From Octopus vulgaris (taxonomy: Eukaryota): 64,000 nt of DNA. The notes beneath the pieces are model-generated. The model was not told the DNA's origin and searched no databases. It was given only the letters and a program-made list of their open reading frames with translations. The position numbers were made by a program, and so were the translations under genes. The stretch lies in assembly GCA_951406725.2 (NCBI GenBank), contig OX597831.1, positions 45,694,001 to 45,758,000 of the forward strand. The letters run 5' to 3'. Positions within the stretch are counted from its first letter, which is position 1; each line of letters starts with the position of its first letter. This document shows, in pieces, positions 53,015 through 64,000 of this stretch.

Positions 53015-56000
53015 GTCAATATAATTTACTTAGAAATATATTCACAAAAGAGTTAATGAAAAACTATTGTCAGGATTAATAATGGTTTCAAATTTTGGCA
53101 CAAAGCTAGAAATTTTTAGTGGGAGGAATTGGTTGTTTGAATGTAAAGAGCATGAAGAAATGTCACTCAGCATTTTGTCTGACACGCTAATGATTCAGCC
53201 ATTTCACTACCTTCCAATATCTTAATAATAAAGGTGTTACTATTTTATAGTAAACTCATTCAAATTCTTGATTATTTCCAAAATGAATTGAAGCACATTG
53301 TCACTTTGGGGGTAGAGGGCTAGTTGATTTCATCTACCCCAGTACTCAACTGGTACTTATTTTACCAACACTCAAAAAAGATGAGGGGCAAAATTGTCCT
53401 CAGCAACATTTGAACACTGAACATAAAAATCTGGAAGACATACCACTAAGCGTTTTGTCCAGTATGCTAATGATTCTGCCAGCTTGTCACCTTAAGGATG
53501 GCAAAAAAGATGGAGGGGGCGTGTGAATGATGCTGGATAAAACAATTGCTGATGAATTGAAGTTTATCTTTAATGAATGCTGCTAGATTTTGTGGGGGCA
53601 ATCTTTTGGTGCAGGGACATACAAGGGTGGGATTGAAGAGGAAAGAAAATAAAACTGGGAAAAATTTTTTTAGAGTGTACAGCCTTTAGTTATATCACTA
53701 TACATCATACTAGATTTAGTCTCTCATAAGATTTTCTAGGATATGGTGATGGGGGAGAGCCAGGACAACAAAGTGGGTAAGTTAACTAGGGTAGACGGAC
53801 AATTCATTGGCAGAAATATATTCCCAAAAGGGTTAAGAAGAATTATTGACAAGATTATTAATGAAAGATAAACATTTCACTCACCAAAAACATTACATTC
53901 AATAATGCAACATGAATCTAAATTCTCACTTTGTCCCTTCATTTTGATATAATCACTTGTTCTCTCTTGTATTCCCTGTATTATGTCATCCTCATGTCAT
54001 CCCACTATCCTCCACTAGCCTCTTATCAAGTTGAGTATTCTTCCTGTCTCTTCTACATATAACTACAATGATTTAAAAACCTATAAACTGGCATTCATTA
54101 ACTCTATCACTATTTACTGATATCAGAGATACTAGAAAAGCCACAGACACTACCATTTCTCATCACTGTGATGGTGGCAGCAGCAACAGTAGTGGCAGGG
54201 ATGGTGGCAGTGGCAGTAGGATTGGGTGATTAGTTTGAACATCAAACAAGATGTCTTATAGTATCATTTCTGGGTCTGAGCATTCTGAGTTCAAATCTTG
54301 CTGAGGTCAACTTGGTCTTTCATCCTTTAGGAGTCAATGATAAAAAAAAAGTACCTCTCATGGATAGACTGAATCAAAGAAATGTGGTTTGCATTGGTTC
54401 TTCAAATTTCTGATACTATCTGTAGGCTGCAACTCCTAACAGAACAAGTAAGATTTGAACTCAAAATGTACTCCTGAACACATTCTGTAAAAGCATCTTG
54501 TAAAGTTGTAAAGCTGTACAATGGTTTCAACTGGAATCCATAGAGCAACTGAGGGACCATATAAGATTTTTGGGGGTTCACACAACAAAATTCTAAATTG
54601 GGGATCCAGAATATTTTAAGGGTCCCCGAAAAGTTTTTGCTTTAGATGTATGTATAGGTATTTATTACAAGAAACAGCTGGGTTTCTTTCTCTAATATTT
54701 TACATAAGTCAACCTACATGAGTTAATGTGTGAAAAATAAAACAGGAATTTTGTAAGAAGTTTCTACAAAACTAGTTCTTAAACATTGAATGACTATGGG
54801 GGGTACACCAGAATAAAATAATAATCAAAGAGGTCCAAAGATAAAAAAATGGGTCAGAATCCATAAGCAAATCTTCCAATCCATGAAAGGTACTTTTTCT
54901 TCATTAACTCTTAAAGGATGAAAGACCAAGTTGATCTCAGCAGAATTTTAACTCAGAATGCACAAACCCAGAAATGATACTATAAGACATCTTGCTTGGT
55001 GCGCACATAAGTCCTCCAATCTTTCATCCTTGACTGGCAATATTTTTATCAATGCTGAGAGAATAAATGAAAATGTTCACCTCAGCAGGATTTGAACTCA
55101 GTGCAAAGCATTCTATCCTACATGCTAATTACTCAGTTAATTTGCCTCTATTCTCTAAGCTAACCAGTAAAACATTACAGTAAAGTTACACTTCATTACA
55201 CTATAACAAGATTATTGTATAGCCACTGTACTGTTGTGAGTGGTGACTTGACTAAGTTGTTAGAGTTTCAGTTAGAATACCCTATGTTAATCGTTCTAGC
55301 TCTCTGAACTTTGAGTTCAAATCTTAAGGTCAGCTTAGTTTCTCATCCTGAAGTTGATAAAAGAGTACCAGTCCAGGTTGTAGGACTGGACACTGATGCC
55401 AAGGTGTATCAGCCATGGACATTATCAGTGGCAAGGAGACAGGGAACTTGCATGATGAGCAACTTCAGTCTTCTTCAAAAAGGGAACCCTGCTTGTGGCT
55501 AGGCTTTGGAGAGGAACTTTCCAAATACAGAAATCCATAGTGAGCTACGAGTGAAGAAGGTTCATACAGCAGTACCGCTGAACTGAAATTCAATATAGTT
55601 ACACTATGACACAATCCAGTGGAGGTGCAATGGCCCAGTGGTTAGGGCAGCGGACTCACGGTCGGAGGATCGCAGTTTCGATTCCCAGACCGGGCATTGT
55701 GTGTGTTTATTGAGCAAAAACACCTAAAAGCTCCACAAGGCTCCGGCAGGGGGTAGTGGCGACCCCTGTTGTACTCTTTTGCCACAACTTTCTCTCACTC
55801 TCTCTTCTTGTTTCTTGAGTAACACTGCAATGGACTGGCATCCCATCCAGCTGGGGGGAACACATACGCTACAGAAACCGGGAAACCGGGCCCATGAGCC
55901 TGAGTAGGCTTGAAAAGGGCAACGTTTAGCATATGACACAATCCAGTTTTATTAACTTTGATCAGATAAAAGACAAAGAAATTCCCCATAAAATTTGTCC

Positions 56001-56136
56001 CTAGACATGTAAACCAGTTGTTCTAGTAATATAAAACTTTCCCCTTTCTTTCCTCTCTTTTAACAGCTCAAAAGCCCTTCCACATAGCCATAATCTAAAT
56101 GTAAGAGAAACCCAATATAAACGAAATATTACATAC

Positions 56137-56362
56137 TTTCCACTTGTAAAATATAGCTGTGGTACCATTATTCTGAATAAACATACAAGATTTGTCTTTT
56201 TGATCAAGAAGTGCTTCAAAATAGAACATGAATTCCAAACTGTTTCCTTGTGGGTCATTAGGGTCCAAGAACCAGTTCACTTGTCGACCATTGAGTAGTA
56301 AAGCTGGACCAGTTATGAGATTTTCGTCATCTGCAACTTCAGAAGCCATTGTACTTTGCTTA
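56137..56362 (-). CDS. MYCBPAP: MYCBPAP exon (KQSTMASEVADDENLITGPALLLNG...FEALLDQKDKSCMFIQNNGTTAIFYKWK)
   Basis: Acceptor ccttttag, donor AAA|gtatgt, 226 nt. GPALLLNG and NNGTTAIFYKW match the MYCBPAP motifs GPSLLFCG and NNGTVAIWYDW. Confidence 0.9.
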
Positions 56363-56662
56363 CTAAAAGGAATCAAGAGATGAAATAACAATGTGAATGT
56401 GGGAAGAACAAGAGCAAAGCTCAAGGTTTATCTTTTTATCCTTTTATTTATTTCAGTTGTTGAACTGCAACCATGCAGTGGCAACACCTCAAAGAGTTTT
56501 AGTTGAACAAATTGGCCACAGTAACTATTTTTAAGCCTGGTATTTCTTCTATCAATCTCATGTGCCAAACAACTAAATTATGGGGACATAAACAAACCAA
56601 CACTGGTTGTCAAACAGAGGAGGACAAAACACAAATGCACACATATGCACACACACACACAC

Positions 56663-56713
<51 letters not shown>

Positions 56714-57737
56714 TATGATGCACGTCCACATAGTTTTTGTCTATCAGATTCACTTACAAGGCATTGGTTGGTCCAGAGTTGTAGTAGAAGACACTTGCCC
56801 AAGGTTCCATGCAGTGGGACTGAACCTGAAACCATGTGGTTGCAATGCAAGCATCTTAACCACAGAGTCATGCTGGACATCTTAAAGTACCTTCTTCCAA
56901 CTTTTCTGACAAAAGCAAAGCTACCAAGTTGGCTAGCCACATATGAAGCTTGAAACTAAACACAACACTACATACGACAGGAAATAGTTAAAAAATCTAC
57001 ACTATATGCTAATGGATCAAAAAAAAATGTAAGCTATCCATAGCTGAAAGAACTCAGATCATTTTCAGATCAAAATCTCTAACTCACTACTGAACTCTAG
57101 ATCCAAAATTTTCAGCGGTTGTAAGCATATAGCTAAGTTCCTGTTGAAGAATTGGGAAATACCTCCCCCACTGAATTAAATAACTGTGCTATAGGTCCTA
57201 GCCACAATCTTTTCAGTCTTATAATTTAGGATCAAAGGGAAATAACTCTTATTCCCCTTTTGTTTCTTTCTGATTACTTTTTTGTTTTCCAGTTTTTCAA
57301 CCTTATACTTCTTTCTCGCCTTTTCTTGCTTTTTCTCTCGTCCTATTTTTAGTTTGTAATGCCATGTGAGCAGTGTCTGATGATTGTGCTGAGGCATTAG
57401 ATGTTTGTTTGACATGTTCTCAGGATATTGGCTGTTTGTTTGTCATGTTCTCAATGTTTGTCATGTTCTCAGCATATGAAACTAAAAGTAGCACATAAAA
57501 ACATATATTGTGTTTATTAAATAATAAAATTCATTCATACACTTCACACTAGGTTACAGTATGATGCATTGCTGGTATATACGAAGGGTCAGTGCAAGGA
57601 CAACACATTGACCAACAATGTAGTCATAGATACAGACAAAAACAAGATGGCCATGAGTTGAGCTGCTCTGATCATAGATCAACTAGATTTTGCAGTAGTT
57701 AGGCCAAAACAGCAACAAAGAAGAAACTGTTATATAC

Positions 57738-57862
57738 CTCGCTACTGTAGCTTTTGGTAATCCTTCCGCAAAATCTTTTGAATCCGTCACTGTACTATGG
57801 ACTGTTTCATTTTCAGATGGCCCACCAATTGGTTGTCCCTTCACTTGAAGATATTGGAAATC
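57738..57862 (-). CDS. MYCBPAP: MYCBPAP exon (DFQYLQVKGQPIGGPSENETVHSTVTDSKDFAEGLPKATVA)
   Basis: Acceptor ttcttctag, donor AG|gtatat. 125 nt, phase 0 to 2. DFQYLQVKG resembles vertebrate DIDGLEVVG (recalled). Confidence 0.82.
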
Positions 57863-58470
57863 CTAGAAGAACACAGAATATAGTCCTTATTTCTTTAGGA
57901 AAGATGTTAGCAAACAGCAGTATTTTGTGAAAGTAGGTAGAAAAGGTTCAATATTAAGGAATACTAAGATAGCAAGCTGGCAAAATTGTTACCGCACTAG
58001 GCAAAAATGCTTAGCAGTATTACATTCTAAATTCAAGTTTTGTCTTTATGTTCTAAGTTAAAATTCCACCAAGGTTAACCCTTGCTTTCATCCTGAGGAC
58101 AAGGGCCAATTTCAGTAATCTTTATACACATCCACTACTGGTTGCATATCCTTGACTTTTTCTGCATCAGCCGAGATTACAACTATTATGTATTTCTGAG
58201 CCCACAGCAACAGCTGTTGGACCTGAAACACCATGCCCTCTCCACTTAGTTTTCTGTATTTTTTGTACTCTATGTAAATCTGCTCTGTAAATATAGAAAT
58301 ATTTATATGCTTTTACATGAATGTTCACCATCTGAATATTTTCAGCTTTTGTTCCTCTCTACATACATATCTCTATATATATTTACATTTATATATGTAT
58401 GCATATATATTTTATATACCAAGCCCAAGTACATTTAATTGAATCTTTATCTCTCTCTCTCTCTCTCTCT

Positions 58471-58512
<42 letters not shown>

Positions 58513-58679
58513 AATATATACATATATATATATATAAGAATAAATGTTTTATATATAAAGAACGTGAAATACAGGAAGGGACAAACACGGAACACAGACA
58601 AATCATTCGAAGCCTTCAATCTTCAGTCAGACACCGAATCATCATAGCAAATTTCGGCTGTTCAATTCTATATATATAT

Positions 58680-59660
58680 CATCATCATCATCATCATCAT
58701 CGTTTAGCGTCCGCTTTCCATACTAGCATGGGTTGGACGGTTCAACTGGGGTCTGGGAAGCCAGAAGGCTGCACCAGGCCCAGTCTGATCTGGCAATGTT
58801 TCTACGGCTGGATGCCCTTCCTAACGCCAACCACTCCGTGAGTGTAGTGGGTGCTTTTTACGTGCCACCGGCACTGGTATCACAGCTGCAATTTCCATAG
58901 ATGTTGATCGATTTCGATTCTCACTTGCCTCAACAGGTCTTCACAAGTAAAGTTTTGTGTCCCCAGAAGGAAAGGTATGCATAAGTGGACTGGCACAACC
59001 CGGGTTATGGTCTCACTTGTCCTGCTGGGTCTTCTCATGCACAGCACACTTCCAAAGGTCTCGGCCTCTAGTCATTTCTTCAGTGAGACCTAAAGTTCGA
59101 AGGTTGTGCTTCACCACCTCGTCCCAGGTTTTCCTGGGTCTGCCTCTTCCACAGGTTCCCTCAACTGCTAGGGTATGGCACTTTTTCACACAACTATCTT
59201 CATCCATTCTCTCCACATGACCATACCAGCGTAAACGTCTCTCTTGCACACCACAACTAATGCTTCTTAGGTCCAGCTTTTCTCTCAAGGTACTTACACT
59301 CTGTCGAGTATGAACACTGACATTACACATCCATCAGAGCATACTGGCTTCATTTCTTGCGAGCTTACGCATATCCTCAGCAGTCATGGCCCATGTTTCA
59401 CTGCCATGTAGCATGGCTGTTCATACACACGCGTCATACAGTCTGCCTTTTACTCTGAGCAAGAGGCCTTCTGTCACCAGCAGAGGTAAGAGCTCTCTGA
59501 ACTTTGCCCAAGCTATTCTTACTCTAGCAGTTACACTTTCAGCACACCCACCCCCGCTACTGACTTGGTCACCTAGGTAACGGAAGCTATCAACTATTTC
59601 TAGTTTTTCTCCCTGGAATGTGGCAGAAGTTGGTCTCAGAGCATTTTCAGTGTTTTCCGT
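58680..59660 (-). mobile_element. 5'-truncated RTE LINE, same family as 8583-10078
   Basis: [44 protein letters not shown], followed by 3' UTR and (GAT)n tail. Confidence 0.92.
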
Positions 59661-60799
59661 TATATATACATATATATATTTCTTTACTACCCACAAGGGG
59701 TGAAACACAGAGGGGACAAACAAGGACAGACAAAGCGATTAAGTCGATTCCATCGACCCCCAGTGCATAACTGGTACTTAATTTATCGACCCCGAAAGGA
59801 TGAAAGGCAAAGTCGACCTCGGCGGAATTTGAACTCACAACGTAACGGCAGACAAAATGCCACAAAGCATTTCACCCGGCATGCTAATGTTTCTGCCAGC
59901 TCGCCGCCTATATATACATATATATTAGTTTAATATATATGTAGTGTGATGGAGGAAAAGATAACAGAAAAAGAAGCAAAAGGGAGAAAGAACTACAGAG
60001 ACCTTACCTGTTGACCTAGGCGGGATGAGCAATCACTGTCAAGAATAAATACGTCGTTGCATGCTGCCGTCTCTCATCCAACTCGCCACACCTGCTTTTT
60101 TTTTTTTTGTCACTTCCATTTACCTCATCTGCAGTCCTCTCCACCAACACCACCTAGCTCATCACAGCCCATAACACCACAAACACCACATCACACTACA
60201 TCACACTACATATATATTAAACTAATATATATGTATATATATTAACTAATATATATGTATATATAACGGAAAACACTGAAAATGCTCTGAGACCAACTTC
60301 TGCCACATTCCAGGGAGAAAAACTAGAAATAGTTGATAGCTTCCGTTACCTAGGTGACCAAGTCAGTAGCGGGGGCGGGTGTACTGAAAGTGTAACTGCT
60401 AGTGTAAGAATAGCTTGGGCAAAGTTCAGAGAGCTCTTACCTCTGCTGGTAACAAAAGGCCTCTCGCAAGGGGCTAAACACAGAGGGGACAAACAAGGAC
60501 AGACAAATGGATTAAGTCGATTATATTGACTCCAGTGCGTAACTGGTACTTAATTTATTGACCCCGAAAGGATGAAAGGCAAAGTTGACCTCGGCGGAAT
60601 TTGAACTCAGAACATAATGGCAGACGAAATATGGCTACGTATTTCGCCCGGCGTGCTAAAGTTTCTGCCAGCTCGCCACAATATATATATATAAACACAT
60701 ACGCCCCCTCCCCTACACACACACACGCTGCATAGCATTTCTTTTAGTAAAGAAGCAACTGTTTTACTAATACTTCATAGGTTAAAATTTGAAACTTAC

Positions 60800-60894
60800 C
60801 GGCACAATGGTGTTCTGTTTTTTAAATTTTGGTAATGAAAGTCTAAAGCTGTCTTTGTCTGTGGTTTGCCTTAAACTTTTAGGTTGAATTACAC
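60800..60894 (-). CDS. MYCBPAP: MYCBP-associated protein, internal coding exon 1 in window (GVIQPKSLRQTTDKDSFRLSLPKFKKQNTIVP)
   Basis: Polypyrimidine acceptor ttttgtactttag and donor CCG|gtaagt. 95 nt, phase 1 to 0, joins in frame to the DFQYLQVKG exon. Confidence 0.8.
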
Positions 60895-61242
60895 CTAAAG
60901 TACAAAAAAAAAAACCAGAGAAAATTAATGATCTTTTCCTAATTAGCATAAATGAATGGAATGTTTGTAGTTCTTTACAAAACTCTAGCATTATGAGAGT
61001 AAAATTATGAATGAGAAAACAAATAACGACCGGCCTCAACCACAACTAACTTGCAGCCAAAGAAACAGCCCTTGGTCACTCTCGGCCACTTGATCACTTT
61101 CAGGTGAAGTTCAAAAGCATGGAATGCTAGAATTTTCACTTTTCACAGCAAATGAACTTCTTCAGTTGAACTCTTTCAACCATTTTGTTACAGTAATTCT
61201 GTTGAAATGCACTGCATTTGTCGCAATAAATTTTGAAAATTT

Positions 61243-61400
61243 AGGCGTAGGAGTGGCTGTGTGGTAAGTAGCTTGCTTACCAACCACATGGTTCTAGGTT
61301 CAGTCCCACTATGTGGCACCTTGGGCAAGTGTCTTCTACTATAGCCTCAGGCCGACCGAAGCCTTGTGATGGAAACTGAAAGAAGCCTGTCGTATATATG

Positions 61401-61431
<31 letters not shown>

Positions 61432-62095
61432 AAATATTTGTGTGTCTGTGTTTGTCCCCCCAAATCACTTGACAACCGATGCTGGTGTGTTTATGTCCTT
61501 GTAACTTAGCAGTTCGACAAAAGAGACCAATAGAATAAGTACTAGGCTTACAAAGAATAAGTCCAGGGGGTTGATTTGCTCTACTAAAGGCGGTGCTCCA
61601 GCATGGCCACAGTCAAATGACTGAAACAAGTAAAAGAGTAAAAGAGTATAATCAGGCATGCTTGTGTGGTGAGAAGTTTGCTTCCCAACCACATGGTTCT
61701 AGGTTCAGTTCCACTGCGTGGCACCTTGGGTAAGTGTCTTCTATTATAGCCTCAGGCCAACCAAAGCCTTGTCAGTGGATTTGGAAGATGGAAACTGAAA
61801 GAAGCCCGTCATGTGTGGGGGGGTGAGTCTGTGTGTGTATGTGTGTGTGCGCATGTGCATGTGTGCATGCGTGCCAGTATGTGTCTGTGTTTTGTTTGTC
61901 CCCCACCACTGCTTGACAACCGGTGTTGGAGTATTTACATCCCCTTAACTTAGTGGTTTGGCAAAAGAGATCAATAAAATAGATACCAGGCCTAAAAAAA
62001 TCTTTTAAAAAAGTATTGCAGTTGATTCATTCGACTAAAAATTCATCGAGGCAGTGCTCCAGCATGGCCACAGTCTCATGACTAAAACAAAAAAA
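61243..62095 (+). mobile_element. Two tandem SINE family A copies
   Basis: Heads at ~61243 and ~61655. Confidence 0.85.
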
Positions 62096-62122
62096 AGTCA
62101 AAGAATGTGTTGAAAAATTTTG

Positions 62123-62783
62123 GGATCTTTACTTTTTGACCTACAGACTTAAAAAATAATTGTTTGAAACTAAACACTTTCAAACTTCGGACACTGGTAG
62201 AATGTGTCATATAAAACATTTTTTACTCCTAGCATTCTTGAGAAAAACTTATATTTACGAAGTTATTTCACATTGAAGTTCTCATATTTCGGTAATTTCA
62301 ACCAATCAATGACGTGCATTCAGCTGAATAAAATTACTGCCGTTGTTTGTCAACAACTATCGGCGATGTATTTTTCATTTGTCACTGTTATTTATGACAT
62401 CGTTTGTGCATTTGTACTGGTTTTAAGGTTTTAGGGTCAGGGTTGGGGTTTTAGGGTTAGGGTTAAGGTTTTAGGGTCAGGGTTAGGGTTTTAGGGTTAG
62501 GGTTGTCATAAATAACAGTGACAAACGAAATATACACCACTGGAAGTTCTTGTTGACAAACAACAGCAGTAATTTTATTCAGCTGAATACACGTCATTGA
62601 TTGGTTGAAATTACCAAAATATGAGAACTTTAACGTGAAATAACTTTGTAAATATAAGTTTTTCTCAAAAATGCTAAGAGTAAAAGATGTTTTATATGAC
62701 ACATTCTACCAGTGCCCAAAGTTTGAAAGTGTTTAGTTACAAAAAATTATTTTTAAAATCTGCAGGTCAAAAGGGAAAGATCC
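62123..62783. mobile_element. Fold-back MITE with GGATCTTT termini, ~280-bp inverted arms, 8-bp TSD and central (TTAGGG)-like tract
   Basis: TSD AAATTTTG at 62115-62122 and 62784-62791. The arms give near-identical opposite-strand ORFs (62204+ and 62702-). Telomere-like tract at 62420-62503. Confidence 0.9.
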
Positions 62784-62867
62784 AAATTTTGTTCTTATTA
62801 AACTGGTGCTTAGAACATAAATGAACAATAAACTTTTGATTGAAGGTTTCTATTTAAATCCTTTTAA

Positions 62868-63083
62868 CCCTTTAGTGTTCGTATTACTCTGCCAGATGTA
62901 ATGCTTATTTATTCATATCATTTTGAATTAATCATGCATTGATAGCTTTGAGATTTTGATGATGTGATTGTTTATTCTTAGAATGACATTTTAGGGTAGG
63001 TGTGACATGCCAGTTCTGGCCAATTTGAACATAAAACAAGTAGAATATTTGGGCTAGATATGGCTGCTTTAAATGCTAAAGGA
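62868..63083. mobile_element. piggyBac-type MITE, inverted homologue of 28776-28996
   Basis: TTAA|CCCTTTAG ... CTAAAGGA|TTAA. Confidence 0.75.
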
Positions 63084-63385
63084 TTAAATCAAGAAATTTT
63101 ATATCACAGGATTGAAGGTGGTTTTAGGTGGTTAGTATTGAAAGGGTTATTCTTGCTAGTAAAATTTACGTCAAAGTCTGTCTTGAGCATAGAAGCATAT
63201 TCCAGTTTCCTTAACTATGTGGTCAAGAAGCTCACTTTGCAAACTGTGGTTTCCGGTTCAGTCCCACTGCATGGCACCTCGGGCAAATGTCTTCTACTAT
63301 AGCTCCAGGCCAACCAATACCTTGTGAATTAATTTAGTCTACAGAAACTGTATGGAAGCCTGTCATATACAAATAGATACATACA

Positions 63386-63416
<31 letters not shown>

Positions 63417-63792
63417 GTACATACATACATACATACATAAACAGACAGACAAGAAGGTAGGTAGGTAGATAGGTAGATAGATAGATAAGTAGGTAGACAG
63501 ACAGACAGACAGACAGACGGATAAATAGATGTAGATATATATATATATATAAGAACTTTAGTTGAACTTATTTTTTGTAAAGCCTGGTACTTATTCTATC
63601 GGTCACTTTTGCCAAACTGCTAACTTATAGGGACGTTAGCACACCAACACCAGTTGTCAAGCAGTGGTGAGGGACAAACACAAGCACAAAGACACACACA
63701 CACACACATACACACACAAACACACACATACACTTCAGTTTTTGTCTGCCAAATCTCTGTGTGTGTCTGTGTGGATTGATGGATGGATAGAT

Positions 63793-63837
<45 letters not shown>

Positions 63838-64000
63838 GAGATAGGTACAACAGGTCCCTTTTCAGTTTCTATCTGCCAAATCTACTCATAAGGCTTTGGT
63901 CCACCCAGGACTAATAGTAGGACCCTAGAACCATGTGGTGGGGAATCAAACTTCTTACCACACAGCCAAGCCTTTGCTTTTTTTTCATTTTTTCCTGGTT

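Noticed and set aside
58560-58670. CTGAAGA and GAAA motifs on the minus strand of an (AT)n-flanked insert (similar partial motifs at 8150 and 26280-26345)
   Set aside because: I could not assemble three consistent stems. They may be truncated Penelope-like ends, but they are not callable as ribozymes.
62420-62503. TTAGGG tract as a chromosome end or fusion scar
   Set aside because: It is short, degenerate and centred in a TSD-bounded MITE.

Overview
Eukaryotic, AT-rich, repeat-saturated DNA. Its SINE, RTE and microsatellite content is most consistent with a coleoid cephalopod (Octopus); this is an inference. The window lies inside one large minus-strand gene. Nine GT-AG exons (60894 down to 31241) and a probable tenth (3549-3485) splice in frame into about 400 codons resembling MYCBP-associated protein (MYCBPAP). 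The introns contain several tRNA-derived SINE families, RTE, CR1 and R4/Dong LINE remnants, Gypsy and mariner relics, and hAT-, piggyBac-, Helentron- and GGATC-terminated MITEs, two of which carry internal TTAGGG repeats. An orphan Mask/ANKHD1 exon fragment is also present. The most unusual signal is a set of short elements embedded in (AT)n tracts at 16-33 kb. They carry type I hammerhead-ribozyme motifs with non-canonical features and/or long fold-back palindromes (up to 111-bp perfect arms), most likely pseudo-LTR remnants of Penelope-like elements or retrozymes. All homology calls come from recognition of motifs, not database searches. Repeat boundaries are approximate unless a TSD is quoted.
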